64,000 nucleotides of DNA from Chrysemys picta bellii (Eukaryota): contig NC_088792.1 in NCBI RefSeq assembly GCF_011386835.1, positions 208,940,001 to 209,004,000 on the forward strand, in the 5' to 3' direction. The translations under genes were made by a program, and so were the position numbers. The notes beneath the pieces are model-generated. The model was not told where the DNA came from. It saw only the letters and a program-made list of their open reading frames with translations, and did no database searches. Positions 1 through 12,675 of the stretch are shown piece after piece (position 1 is the first letter of the stretch; each line of letters begins with the position of its first letter).

Positions 1-246
1 CAGGATCCGTGTCCTGGCCATAATGAGGCAGAGCTGAGAGAGATGTTCCTGTTAAAGTAATTCAATCTGAGGCCTGACATCTTGAATCGCCTGTCTTGAT
101 TTGAGAACCACATCAGCCAGATGCATTTGGCATCAAATGTAAATGTTTTCCACACTTTTTGTCACTTCAAGATACAAATAGCACCTGTATGCTGCTTCTA
201 TATGATCTCCATCCATTTCATGTCATTTAATCGTTTTGTTTTGTAG

Positions 247-273
247 CCTCTGTGGAAGTTACTAGTTGACATG
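247..273 (+). CDS. ENOSF1: ENOSF1 (L-fuconate dehydratase / rTS) exon 5
   Basis: tag|CCT..ATG|gtaag; 27 nt, PLWKLLVDM (human PVWKLLVDM). Confidence 0.9.
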
Positions 274-1459
274 GTAAGAAAATCTTCTTCTATGTGGGCT
301 AATGTTACCACTGTTCCACACTGATATTTTTGATGCATTAGAAGAGTAAAAATTTCAGGCAGTATCTACGCTAAAATTACCTCTATGGCCATGTAGCTCA
401 TTCCAAGGCCCTAGAAACCAGAGGGTTCTGCGAGCTGTGGATGTGACATTTTGTTCTGGAGGGCTCTTCTCCTTCCAAAGTGTCTGTTTCTGGCCCCACA
501 CAGCTGTGCAAATTGGCCCCTTTAGTGGGAGCACTGTTACAGACTCTACCCTGTCCAGCTACAATACCGTATATGGCAACTGGAACTCATCTATACCGAT
601 ACCAGTAAATTATTTTTTTAAAATGCGACCTAAAGACCCTAACCCTTATGATTCGGCTGAGGAGCTGTGTTTTTATGCCAAGACAAATGTAGTGATTCGA
701 TTGTTGGGGTTTGATTGGTTTTTATATTAGCAAGTAATTATTTTTTTTTGGGGGGGGGGGGGGGATAAGATTATGGAATAGTTATTATCGTTTAGCAAAT
801 ACTCAGATCTCGTTGGCCTCCACTTTCAAAAGTCACAAGTCATTTTGGATGCTTCCATTTTTTGGGTGCTCGACTTTGAGATACATTCACAACATGGCGA
901 GCACTCGCCTTCTGGAAATCAGACCCCAATAAGGAGTCTCAACATTGGACACCAAAAGCAAGTACCCAGAATCACTAGTCACTTCTGAAAATACAGGCCT
1001 CTGCATACAATAATAAAGATTGATGTATTTACAGAAAGTAAAAGTCCAATCTCTTGATCCATTAGTAGCAGATTTTATATTCAGATATTAAGCATGTGCA
1101 TAAATCGTTGCAGGACTGGAAATTTAATGTTTTTTTTAAATGAAATCTTTATTTTTTTTAAAAGCCTAAAGAATCTCATGTTTTCAGTCTCTTCTCTGCA
1201 ACCTGTTAATATTGAATCATTTCTCAGTTTAAAATGTATTTTGAATTGGGTTTTTCTCAGACTATTTCAGTGAATTGCTTTCAGACCTCTCTTTTGATAA
1301 ATACTCTCTTGAGACAAATTTTCAAAGGAGCCAAAAAGCAGCCTCTGATGCTGAGTGAACTGCCGTTTCTGTGTGAAGATTATAGTATGTACAGATTTGC
1401 ACACTTGGAGCATTCTAAATGGATTAGTAATTTTTTTTAATGTTTGTTAATCAATTACA

Positions 1460-1580
1460 CCCTGATCTTGCAAATATTTTTGTACATGCTTAACACTAAG
1501 TGTGTGAGTGGCACCATTGAGTTAAATGGGATTACTCACATGCTTAAAGTTAAGCAATGCCTAAATATTTGTTGGATTAG
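1460..1580. repeat. Short hairpin element
   Basis: Arms caaatattt...atgcttaac / gttaagcaatgcctaaatatttg around a central ccattgagttaaatggg. Confidence 0.55.
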
Positions 1581-1780
1581 AACCTTAAAGTTTGCCAGAG
1601 TCAGTTAATCAGTTTGACTTTAGAATCGGTGAATCCACTCACAGTACTGTCTGTGACAGGGAGAAGGCTGATAGATGGCTCATACGGCAGATGTATATGT
1701 TACCTTAGTATTGCCTTTTTGTAATCATGTAATTTTATTATTCTTTGCTGTTTGTTTTACATTAAATATTTTGTTAACAG

Positions 1781-1853
1781 GACCCAAAGCAGTTGTTATC
1801 CTGCATAGATTTCAGGTATATTACTGATGCACTAACAGAAGAAGAAGCTTGTG
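1781..1853 (+). CDS. ENOSF1: ENOSF1 exon 6
   Basis: cag|GAC..TGT G|gtaag; 73 nt, DPKQLLSCIDFRYITDALTEEEAC. Confidence 0.95.
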
Positions 1854-2075
1854 GTAAGTCGTCCTTCTGTCAAGACAGATCCCCTTACTCCTTGAGCTGT
1901 TTTTTATTTCAGTGGGACTACTCGAGCAGTAGGGCATTACTCTTTGTAAGTAAACAGAGCAGAATCTTGTTTTATGAAAACAGCAGTGTGTGGTGGTAGG
2001 ATCTGGAGATGTGGAGGAATTGAGCTTTGGTTAATGCAATAATCTCTCCTCTTTTTCTCCCCCACCCCCATGCAG

Positions 2076-2114
2076 AAATACTCCAAAATGGCCTACTTGG
2101 GAAGAAGGAAAGAG
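2076..2114 (+). CDS. ENOSF1: ENOSF1 exon 7
   Basis: cag|AA ATA..AGA G|gtaagt; 39 nt, EILQNGLLGKKER. Confidence 0.92.
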
Positions 2115-2341
2115 GTAAGTTTAAACCAAGTTTACTTTCGCTGTCTTGTAGGAGAATAAAGGACTGAACACACCACATGATTGATGTGGCACTGTGCATC
2201 CCAGAGTGTCCTAGTCACTGGAAAGTGGAATGTAACAATTGAGGCTCTCGTGTGAGGTTGAATGCATTGTGTGATATCTCCTCCTTATGAGTCATTGGGG
2301 AGATGGTAGGTGTACATATAGAGAGGGCTTGTGCTGTCTTG

Positions 2342-2636
2342 GGCCTGGTCTACACTGCGGGGGGGGAATCGACCTAAGATACGCAACTTCAGCTACGAGA
2401 ATAACGTAGCTGAAGTCGACGTATCTTAGATCGACTTACCTCCCATCCTCCCGGCGCGGGATTGACTGCCACTGCTCCCCCGTCGACTTCGCTTCCGCCT
2501 CTCGCCGCGGTGGAGTTCCGGAGTCAACGGCAGAGCGATCGGGGATCGATTTATCGCATCTACACTAGACGCGATAAATCGATCCCTAATAGATCGATCA
2601 CTACCCGCCAATCCGGCGGGTAGTGAAGACGTGCCC
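2342..2636. mobile_element. Harbinger-type MITE, 295 bp, CpG-rich
   Basis: TIRs GGCCTGGTCTACACT / GGGCACGTCTTCACT; TTG duplicated at 2339-2341 and 2637-2639. Confidence 0.8.
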
Positions 2637-2940
2637 TTGGTGGCCATTTGCTTTGGAACCCCTAGGTGAATGTTTGTGTCAGTCACAATGGCATGGAGAC
2701 GGTGCTGGTTACACCCTAAAGGTATTTTTTTGAGCTGAAGCTCTCCCACATTTTGGAAAGAAGGAGAGAATAGGGAGGGTTTTTCTCAGCAAATTTCATC
2801 TACCCTGGTTAAAATGAGATTTATTTTTAAACTCCTTTCATTTCCATGAGTAACAGCTTATCTAAAACTACCATACAAACTAATCATCTGTTAAAGAGAA
2901 AACAGCATATGTTCATTGGTGACATTCTTTGGCTTTGTAG

Positions 2941-3023
2941 AAGAGCAAATGTTAAAGCATGGATACCCTGCTTACACCACGTCTTGTGCCTGGCTGGGCT
3001 ACCCGGACCAGCAGTTAAAACAG
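2941..3023 (+). CDS. ENOSF1: ENOSF1 exon 8
   Basis: tag|..CAG|gtttga; 83 nt, EEQMLKHGYPAYTTSCAWLGYPDQQLKQ. Confidence 0.95.
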
Positions 3024-3255
3024 GTTTGAGTCTTCAACATTAGATTACAGAAGTAAGATTTTAAACATTTCTATTCAGTGGGGAATGCCAACAGGTGACG
3101 ATTCAACACTAGGGGTTGCTTAGTTTTGGGCTCAGAGCAAAGTGAAACAATTAAGCACTGCATATGTAGGAGGGGGTGTATGTGAAAGCTGGCCCTGTTC
3201 TGTGGGCCTAGTCGTTCATTCGCTTTTGTGTTAGCCACAATGTGAAGAGTTTTAA

Positions 3256-3540
3256 GGCCTTGTCTACCTTGGGGTTTTAGGTGTAGCTGTTGGGGATAAC
3301 CATGGACCACTGCAAGCCAGTTTACACTGCTGTATTGTGTATAACTATCAGACTGCACTTGTGCAGCTATGTTAGTGCAGACAAAGGGCTTTGTCTACAT
3401 GGTGATGCTCAGGAAAGTGAAGTTGAATTAACAAAAGGTGTGAAGTTAAAGCGCATTAGACCCCTGTGTGGACACTCTCCTTCAGAAGTAAAGTGGCCTT
3501 ATTTTGCTGTAGCTAAATCCTCCTTCAAAGTGAAATATCA
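3256..3540. mobile_element. Old Harbinger-type MITE fragments (probably two adjacent)
   Basis: TAA then GGCCTTGTCTAC..., second GGCTTTGTCTACAT at about 3387; ends degraded. Confidence 0.4.
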
Positions 3541-3920
3541 TGAAGGCTCTTCACAGCTCTGGGATCTGAGGTCTGGTTAATACAATACATGTTTATCAAC
3601 TGGTTTAGTTTTTGGAAAAGTTCAGCTTTCTGTGAATCTGGAAATAGCATTGTTAGATCATAGAACTGTCATGCATAGTACATGGAAATAAAAAAATGCA
3701 TCAAGTATTTCTTTACATAGATTGAGGAGTTTGGATCCTACATTTCAGCTGGATGTTATTCATACCTCTGCTCTCAGTTACTGTCTGCTCTACACTTTTA
3801 TGTCAATAAAGAAGTGGCTAGAAAGTTCATCCTGGGTTAGACAGCCTGTAAAAAAATACTAGTCTAGATATTGAGTGGTGCAGCTACTTAGAGATATAAT
3901 AGATGTAATTTTCTCTGCAG

Positions 3921-3955
3921 CTATGCACGGAGGCATTGAAGGATGGCTGGACAAG
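3921..3955 (+). CDS. ENOSF1: ENOSF1 exon 9
   Basis: cag|CTA..AG|gtata; 35 nt, LCTEALKDGWTR. Confidence 0.92.
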
Positions 3956-4463
3956 GTATAGTAAACAACTGTCTCATATGCTGAACTTTTCTGTTTAATG
4001 ATTAGTAGCAAGTAGAAAGGTACTATTGAGATCAGTCCTGATTTGGCACAGAGACAGACTAGACGGATGACCCTATAGGTCTTTTCAATCTCTACATTCT
4101 GAGAAGAGATGTCTTTGCTTCTGATTTTTTTTTTAATACTTTCCCTTTCTGCTATTCCATAACATACCATTACAGTAGGTATCTAAGTAAATGTATGGCA
4201 AAATAAGCTATCCTCCTGGCAAGCTAGTAGCTAACAAAGGTAACTGCTTGCCTGTTGATTCATGGGAAAGTATTTGTTGTCTTTTTTGTTAAGCTAGGAT
4301 GAAGTGTGCTGGAAAAGGGACAGATGTGATAAGAAAATATTGACCATAAAACACTGACTCTGGTGTTTTGTAAATTTGAGTTTACAGTTTCTCATAGAGG
4401 AAAGTTATCACTGCTACATTAATCATGGTGAAGTGACCTACATTTTATTATAAATGTGTCTAG

Positions 4464-4551
4464 GTTCAAAGTAAAGGTTGGTGCCAATCTGCCGGATGAC
4501 ATTCGTAGATGCAGACTTATAAGAGAAATGATTGGCCCTGACAAGACATTG
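4464..4551 (+). CDS. ENOSF1: ENOSF1 exon 10
   Basis: tag|G TTC..TTG|gtgaat; 88 nt, FKVKVGANLPDDIRRCRLIREMIGPDKTL with the enolase-superfamily KxK motif. Confidence 0.95.
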
Positions 4552-5545
4552 GTGAATATTTTTGAATGACTACACTATTAAGTAATTTTAAATATAAAAC
4601 GGCTGTCTATTAGTGTAGATATTGGTACGGGCTGAGATTACATGGCATTCTTGAAAGGCACAGGTGGGCTGTGAAGTTTTTATAGCATGTTGGGGGAGCC
4701 TCAGAAAGAAAAAGGTTGAGAACCACTGCCACAGAGGAAAGTGAGGACATGAGGCACCCAAGCTACAACTCCTGTTAGGCACTGTAGCAGCATTTCCACA
4801 TCAAAATTTTTGGTTTTCAGATGTTCAGTTTTCAACACAAAATCAAAACTTTCCATAGAGAAAACACACCTTTTGTGAACATATTTTTAGTCAAAAACCC
4901 AATTTTCTGACCACCATCCCCTGCCCCCCCTTCCCCCCAAAAAACCCAACCCAGTTCTGTTGAACAATTTCAACCATCCCGTTTCCAGAGTGCTTAACTC
5001 ACTTGCTATATAGGAATTGTTTTGCCTGATACTGAAACAGTCACTTCTGGAGTTCCTTGTGGCACCTCTTTAATGGTGTGCAAGAACACTAAGCAGAAGT
5101 TCAGGAGAGAAGTTGACAATATCATATTCATTTGAAACCTGGTGGGGAAATTCAGAAAAGCAGAATACAACTACCTCAGTTGGAATAAGGGTTTGAGACC
5201 AAATCTGTGACCTTCGCTTTTAACGATTACAGAGCACCAGGGCCTTTGATTTAATGTGTCATCTCAAAGCAGCATTTCCAGCAAAGCATAATTTGGGATT
5301 TCCACCTGGAGTTCATCTTTTAGGCTATTAGTTTATCCTTACCTTTATTGAGTCTAGAAATTGTAGAACATGTGCTATGTAATGTCATATGATGTGTTAA
5401 AGATCAGAAAACAGCAGTGATCTACACTGTCTGAATTTCCTTTTTTCATTAATTTATAGCAACATTATGGTTATTTTTTTAACAATTTCATATTCATAAA
5501 AATTCAGTAGTCATATAAGTGAATTTTCTTTGTAATTACTCTCAG

Positions 5546-5680
5546 ATGCTGGATGCTAACCAACGATGGGAAGTGAAGGAAGCAATAGAGTGGGTCACTA
5601 AATTAGCTGAATTTAAACCATTATGGATTGAGGAGCCAACTTCTCCTGATGATATTCTTGGACATGCAGCCATTTCTAAG
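5546..5680 (+). CDS. ENOSF1: ENOSF1 exon 11
   Basis: cag|ATG..AAG|gttgaa; 135 nt, MLDANQRW...[19 protein letters not shown] (metal ligands D and E). Confidence 0.96.
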
Positions 5681-6328
5681 GTTGAAGTGTTTGTTTTTCA
5701 TTTCAGTAATGACGTAGTGACTACACACCAGAGAGCAGTAGGGATTCATTTATTGACTCTGCTGTTTGGAATGTTCAAAGTTCAGGCTGAAACAGCTGTC
5801 AAAAGTCATTAAAGGTGTTTGCTACAAGATCCCGGGCACATCCTGTATTTGTATTCCATTACACTTAAACGAAAAGCATGGTCCAAAGATTATATAAAAG
5901 GCCATGAGACTGTCATGCTTGCACAAGAAAAGCAGTCAGTATTTCCCCTGAAACGTGTATGTATCTTTCTTTTAACATGTGTGGATTGGTGTTTCAGTAA
6001 AGTTGAGTAATACTAGCCCAGGATATGTGCTCATAATGTGATATAGCTAATAGTAATGCTAGAGCCCGAGATGTTTATCCCTTTATGGCAGCACACACCC
6101 TCTTACATAAGTCTTCACATATTATTGGAGCAGAAAAAAGCTGTATAAAATGCACTAACAAAAAATGACACTACACTTATTCTTTTCCAAATGCATAGCA
6201 AATAACGAGCATTACACTTTGTTAGCTGTTCTACCCTCTGTCCCCTCGTTCTGGTGAAAAGCTGTATTTGGGAATTACAGATTAGAAGTGAGTCCTTTGT
6301 TTTGTTTATTTATTCTTTATTTTTGTAG

Positions 6329-6370
6329 GCCTTGGCACCATTAGGAATTGGTGTGGCAACAGGAGAACAA
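6329..6370 (+). CDS. ENOSF1: ENOSF1 exon 12
   Basis: tag|GCC..CAA|gtaagt; 42 nt, ALAPLGIGVATGEQ. Confidence 0.95.
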
Positions 6371-6619
6371 GTAAGTGGGTGTCTAATTGTTTTTTCATTC
6401 AGTCTTTTATTTAATGTAGTGTCTGTGACTTTTGAGAATTTGTGCCAAAGTTCACCCTGATTTCTCACTTGGGAATTAAATAACGTGACTTAAAACAGCC
6501 TGGGATTTATTTCACATAATTTAAGACCAACTAATACTTTTGATAGGTATTCTCTTCCCCGCCCCTATTTGTTTGGACAATCTGGGAAGATTTTGTTGTG
6601 ATGAATCTGTTATGATGGT

Positions 6620-7260
6620 TTGAACAGGGATCTACCATTTCTCAGTTGAGTGCCCTAACCACTGGCCTATGAAACATCCTGATGGAGGGCTCCCTCAGTG
6701 TCTGCTGTTGAAGTTCCCCTGCTTTAATTGAATCTTAATTGGCCCAGAGAAGGAGTTACAATGACTCTATAGCCTTGGGGTAAGAGGGCTCACCGGAGAG
6801 GTGGCAGATGACCATTCAAATGCCTTCTCCCCTGCAGGTGGAGGGGAGACTTGAACCTGGGTCTCCCACATCCTGAGTGAGTACCCTAATAACTATACTA
6901 AAGGCTGGTTATCCTCCTTTGCCTTCTTGTTGTTTTTGTGTGAACTTGCCTCACTTGAGGCACCCAGGTGCCTATCTCCCACCTGAGCCCCAGAGGAATT
7001 CACAAACTGGGGAAGATAAACATTCAGCCCTGTAAGTCACATTCTGGGGATCTGATCTGGTAGGTATCAGGCCCTGCAGGCAACAATGAACATGCAGAGA
7101 GGCAATAACATTGGTGTCTAGGAAACTCTTTAGTGTAAAAACTCAGGCACTGAGTGAATTTAGGTGCCTACAGGGTTCAGCAGCAGCCGGGCAAGAGTTT
7201 TATGGATCCTAGTTGGGCCTAAAGTTGGCACCTAAATACCTTTATGGATCCCACCCTTAG
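6620..7260. repeat. Old unclassified repeat cluster
   Basis: Recurrent taggtgccta / gggtctcccacat motifs; no clear termini. Confidence 0.3.
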
Positions 7261-7299
7261 CTTCTTGCCAGCACTAGTTCCAAAAGAGAGTGACAGAAG

Positions 7300-9008
7300 T
7301 AGGATGACCATATTTCCCTATGTTGAATATGGGACACCTGGTAAAATGACTTGTATTCAAGCGAGTTCAGTGGCAATCAATCAGAACTATGCAGTACGAA
7401 CATCAAGTTGACTGAGCCCCGTTAAAAGAAATACTGAGTAGTTGGATTCTTTTTATTGACCTTCTGATCTTTAAGGCTGTAGGGTTCACAAAGGGAGAAC
7501 ACACACACACACACACGACCTACCCAACCCTCACTGTCCGCTGCTCTCCACCCTCCGTGCCTGGCTGGGCCCCTAGGACAGAGCCTCGTACCTCGTGCTG
7601 TGTCTTCCCGAGGAAACATGGGGGGAGCACACAGGGTCACATGCCCCCCTCCCCAGATTTCTGTCAGGGTTCACACCAGAATGTGGCCAGCAGCAGTCTT
7701 TTGGCACTGTGCGAGAGGGAGTGGACGGGAGCTGCTTCCAGCCATGGTTGGGGGTGGGGTGGGGAAGGGATGACTTGGCCCGTGTCTTTGCAGAGCTCAT
7801 GCCTCCCCCCCCAACACACACTGCCCTGTGGCTGGAAGCAGCTTGTCCCTTCCTGCCTGCACAGTGTCGAAAGGCAGCTAACACCTCCAGGCTGCTGCTG
7901 GCCACTGACATAATCCAGACGCCTCCTGTCCCCCCTTAGCTTCAGTGTGGGCAGGACGGGGTTAAGCCCTGAGGATGCATTGTGCACCAGGGCCCAGGGA
8001 ACATGACTGCAGGGGCTTCAGCGAACCCCACCAGAGAGGTGGCTCAGCAGGGAAGGGTGGCTAGGGGACGGAGCAGCCCTGCACTCCCTGGGGGGCTGGA
8101 CCCAGGGCAGGAGGTTGGGGGGTGAAAAGGGTGCTAAGCCCCTGCCCAGGGGGCTGCTGTGGCGCCTGCAGTGTCAGGGCGCAAACAGGCTGGAAATTGC
8201 TCTCCTCCTTCCTTCCCCCCCCTTCCCGCCACTCCAGAGCTTAGTTGAGGGGCAAAGAGGCTTCCCTGCGCCAGTGCTGTGCGAGTCTTTAGCACACGCA
8301 GGGCTTGGCTCCTCCTGGCCAGCGCCCCAGGCCGGAAGTTCTTGGGCTTTCCAAGGGCGCTGGCCCAGTCAGAGGCAGTGGGGGAAGGAAGGAGCCTGCC
8401 GGCCAGACTGTTGGTGAACTGAGCACTCTGACCAGGGGCTTCTTCTCCACACAGTGTTGGTAGTGGCATGCGGCCCGCTTGCAGGGGATATGGAGGAGCA
8501 GCAGGGCTGGGGGCGGGGGAGTGAAGGGGCAAAGCAGGGAGAGGACAGTGGGGGGGGGAGGCACATAAAGGGCTGATGGGTGGGCAGCAGAGGTGACACG
8601 TAATCGGCTGCCACTTGGCGCCTGCCTGCACTCACCAGCCCCTGCAGCATGCAGCCAGTGCTGGCCAGAAATGGGGTGGGGGACCTTGTTGGCTGAGAGC
8701 CAGCACAGGGCGGGGGCTGCGCTGATGGACCAGCAGGGGGAACGGCTGGCCCTGCACGCTGCAGCTTTGCCCTACCACCAGCCTTGCACCCCCACCCCCA
8801 TTGTCGGCCACTGGATCGCCCCTCAACTCACTGCTGGTGGGTGGGCGGCTGGCGAGCAGGGATCCGACCAGCAGCAGGACCACCAGTACTGATGGGAGGG
8901 GGACAGAAAATATGGGACAATTTGCCCGTTTTTAAGAAAGTCGGGACACCTTCAGGAGGGCTTAAATATGGGACTGTCCCTTTAAAAATGGGATGTCTGG
9001 TCACCCTA
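7300..9008. mobile_element. Non-autonomous hAT (Tip100-like) element, 1.7 kb, GC-rich, ENOSF1 intron 12
   Basis: TIRs TAGGATGACCA / TAGGGTGACCA; subterminal GGGACA repeats; degenerate 8-bp TSD gacagaag / gacatcag. Confidence 0.7.
7499..7516. repeat. (AC)9 microsatellite
   Basis: Read directly. Confidence 0.9.
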
Positions 9009-9499
9009 GACATCAGTAGCATGTAAAAGTATCTTAGCAGTCCAAAGACCCCATTTCCTGAGCTCCTCTCTGGATGTCAGGTACAAATTGTTAGCTATCA
9101 ATAAAATGACTGGTCCCTTTAAGAAAACCAGCTTCTGAATCAAAGTGAATTAACTATTGAATTGTTTTTTATTGTGCTCATGAATGACATACCTCTTCCT
9201 GCCAAACCCTTCTACTAAATCTACAGAGCAGAGCAACATAATTTAGCAAATTCTCATTGCTCACTGGCAGCTGGAGAGAAATACTGCATTAGCATAGTTT
9301 TACTCTATTGCCAGTTTCTCATGCAAAGCCGTGCTTTCACCATATTTCATTGTGATGCTGACCTCCAGCTGTTGTTTGCCAGTACATAGAACATTTAATT
9401 TTTGGTGTGAATAATGACATCTATTAAGGAAAATGGGTTTGAATTAACTATTAGGACAGGCCTGCCTGGCAGACTAAAGGCCAATTCCTGAGCAATAGG

Positions 9500-9735
9500 C
9501 TTTATATATTGTATGTAGAGGTTTCTCCATAGCATAATATCCGAGCATTACATAAACATGAATGTATTTATCTTGCTTCTCCTGTTAGGTAGGGGCGTAC
9601 TATTATCCCCATTTTACAGATGGGAAAGTGAAGCACAAAGATCAAGTGACTTGGCCAACATCTACGCAAGAAGTTTGTGGCAGAGGTAGAAATGGAATCC
9701 TGAGTTTTAGTCAAGTGTCTTAACTACTGGACCAT
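9500..9735 (-). mobile_element. MIR/CORE SINE
   Basis: tattatccccattttacagatgggaaagtgaagcac core. Confidence 0.7.
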
Positions 9736-9745
9736 CCATCATCTC

Positions 9746-10269
9746 TAAGGCCCTATCAAAGTCACAGTCACAGTCCTAGGTTTTAAAAAATAGTAAATGT
9801 AATGATTTCAGCTATTTAAATCTGAAATTTCATTGTGTTGTAACTTTAGGGGTCCTGACCCCAAAGGGGGCTGTGGGGAGGTCGCATGGTTTTTTAGGGG
9901 GGGATGGGGGTCACGGTATTGCCACCCTTACTTCTGTACTGCTGCCTTCAGAGCTGGGCCCTCAGCCAGCAGCCACCACTCTCCAGCTGCCCAGCTCTGA
10001 AGGCAGCAGCGCAGAAGTAAGGTTGGCTTGGCAGGGTGCTGCCGTCAGAGCAGTGTAGAAGTAAGGGTGGCAATACTGTGACACCCTCCCCTGCCCCCAC
10101 AATAACTTTGCAGCACCCCTCGCCCCTGTGACACCTTTTGGGGTCAAGCCCAAGTTTGAGAAATGCTGGTCTCCCCATGAAATCTGTATAGTAGGGTAAA
10201 AGTTCACAAAAGACCAGATTTCACAATCTGTGACATGTTTTTCACAGCTGTGAATTTGGTAGGGCCCTA
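9746..10269. mobile_element. hAT-type MITE, 524 bp
   Basis: Perfect 8-bp TSD atcatctc; TIRs TAAGGCCCTATCAAAGTCAC / TAGGGCCCTACCAAATTCAC. Confidence 0.85.
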
Positions 10270-10446
10270 ATCATCTCATTGGAGTGGTCTGCAGGAGTCC
10301 AGGAGAAGAAATAGTCTTCCACAACCAACAGAACCACTGTGTATTCACTCCTGCCGTCTGAGTGCTGCAGTAGCCCAGTCATTCCTATAAGGGGTATCAT
10401 GCAATTAAGAGCAGGAGGTTTGCTTGGCAATTAAAACAAAAACCAT

Positions 10447-10650
10447 GGAATTAGGACTCAGTACTGATCCCAGCTCTGCCACTGAATTGTTGTGTGAACT
10501 TAGGCAAAATAGTGACATTTCTGTGTGCCTCAGTTCAGAAAGCTGTAAAATGGATGTAATTCTACTATGCCTCTACCTTACAACTGTACTGTGATTCTTT
10601 ATTGTTTGTAAAATGCTTTGCAATCCTCTGCACTGCTGTGCATTGTTCCA
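10447..10650 (+). mobile_element. MIR/CORE SINE
   Basis: cccagctctgccact...tgtgcctcagtt...ctgtaaaatgg core. Confidence 0.65.
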
Positions 10651-10815
10651 GCTAAGTGGTACAATAAAAAACTTGGTTTTAATGGGAAACCTAGTGGGAA
10701 CATTGTGCAATTGTTTTGACTTGTATTGCCAACAGTTCTTGTAATATCCTGCCAATTCCTTAGAATCTGGGGCTTAACATTTTTTTTTCTCTTCCCCCTT
10801 CCCTCCCTGCTGCAG

Positions 10816-10945
10816 TGTCACAATAGAGTGATATTTAAGCAGCTCCTACAGGCTAAGGCCCTGAGCTATCTCCAGATTGACAGCTGCAGGCTGGGAAGTG
10901 TGAATGAAAACTTGTCTGTGTTGCTGATGGCCAAAAAGTTTCAAA
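10816..10945 (+). CDS. ENOSF1: ENOSF1 exon 13
   Basis: cag|TGT..CAA A|gtaag; 130 nt, [43 protein letters not shown]. Confidence 0.96.
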
Positions 10946-11273
10946 GTAAGGCTCTTGGAAGTATGTCAGTAGCACTAACACCTCTTTTGTTCTAAGCCTG
11001 TTTGCCATGCAACTTCAGCTGTCGTGTTGCTAACTCATGAGCATGCGCTTGTGTGTGGTTCAGTCATTTGTTTTCTGTCATGCTTTAGTACTAATTCAAA
11101 ATGCCTTTGGTCCCTTATTACTGGGAGCTGAGTTTCTGTAGGGCTCATGGGGGGTGGTATTGGAGCTGCAGTTAAACACCAGCTGAGTTGGTGCACAAGC
11201 TTTTGAATAATCCAGTCATTTGCCTTTACTCTTCAGATTGGTTTAAACAGGGATTGTTCTGTTTTCATTTCAG

Positions 11274-11373
11274 TTCCTGTTTGCCCTCACGCTGGGGGTG
11301 TTGGGCTCTGTGAGTTGGTACAGCACTTGATAATATTTGACTATATTTCAGTATCTGGAAGCCTTGAAAACAG
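11274..11373 (+). CDS. ENOSF1: ENOSF1 exon 14
   Basis: cag|TT CCT..AG|gttagt; 100 nt, PVCPHAGGVGLCELVQHLIIFDYISVSGSLENR (catalytic His). Confidence 0.96.
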
Positions 11374-12593
11374 GTTAGTAATGTAAAATGCTACTGTAAC
11401 ATTCAATAGTGGTGATGACTTATTTTTCCAAAAGGCTATTGACATGCAATAATAACCAGTAAACAAAAACAACATACCTCAACTCACCTCCCTGTGGCTC
11501 TCCCAGAGAATTTTAAACCAGTCAGAAGTGTGTGAACTTCACTCTGGCAATTGCCTGGCAAACAGCCAGGAATATTTTTGACAAAGACTGCTTGATACTC
11601 TTGGAACTATATTTTGGCATCTCTCTCACTCCTACAACCCCTCCTCCCCCAATAACTACAATGGCAGGCCAACACATGCATGACCAAAGGATTAGCTCCC
11701 TGCTCTAAGTTGAATAGTGTTCTAGGTGTAGCTTCCCCAAAGGATCTAACAACTTCCCTTGTCTTGTTTAATGTCCGCTTCGGATCGTATTAGCCTTCTT
11801 TGTGAGCAATGAACAATTTTTTCACATTATTGCAAACACAAATTTCCTGAATCTCTCCTGTTGGCTGTATATTCCTGTTCCTCACACTAGTTGTCTTGCA
11901 AATATTAAAGTCAAATATTGTAGCTTCACCTTTTGCTCACATTTTAAATCAGCTGTATCATAAACCATTCCTCTTGTTTTGATCTTCCTTGTCTCTGAAG
12001 CAGTATCATTTAAAATTGCCTTAGACCATGTTTGGTAAATTTTGCTGGTTTACAGCCACAGCAATGTTCGTGGTAATTCATAAACTAAGGAGCAGACCCA
12101 GCCCTTCAGCTGCCCTCATTAGTGACTTCCCTGGCTGCAGAAAATAGTCTTGTTCATTCTGTATCCACGTGGGCTAGCATAAGAATCAAGCTTTTGTTGT
12201 ACTTTGGAAAATCCACAATCAGTAAACACAGCTCTTCTGTATAATTTTACTCATCTCTGTCTGTATTGAAAAACGAAGTTTTTATCTTGCTCTCCGAACC
12301 CTACATTCTGCCCAAAGGGCCCATCTTCTGCCCTGTATTCTTGTTCTGGCTTATTTTATTGAGACCACCAGTCCTCACTAGGCTAAAATGCCAAGCAGAT
12401 TCCAGTTTATCAATACGAAGCACTATGTAGCAGTAGTTTCTGCTTCTAAAAGGAAGTCTCCTAATTTGCTGATAATTGGGATACAAATATCAGTCCAACT
12501 TTTACCCAAACCTTGTTTCCTTGTCAGGGATAATAGCCATGAATAAGTACAAGATTAGGTAAAACTGAAAACAATCCCTCCTCTTTCTTGCAG

Positions 12594-12675
12594 GATGTGT
12601 GAGTATGTAGATCATTTGCATGAACACTTCAAATATCCTGCCATAATCAAGAAAGCTTCCTATGTACCACCTCAG
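12594..12675 (+). CDS. ENOSF1: ENOSF1 exon 15
   Basis: cag|G ATG..CAG|gtatgc; 82 nt, MCEYVDHLHEHFKYPAIIKKASYVPPQ. Confidence 0.95.

Noticed and set aside
7422-9026. Many overlapping 60-165 aa ORFs
   Set aside because: They lie inside a GC-rich hAT element; Pro/Gly/Ala-rich with no recognisable domain.
11474-12060. Antisense donor-like sites and possible coding relic in ENOSF1 intron 14
   Set aside because: No sustained ORF or recognisable protein similarity in the - strand frames I read.
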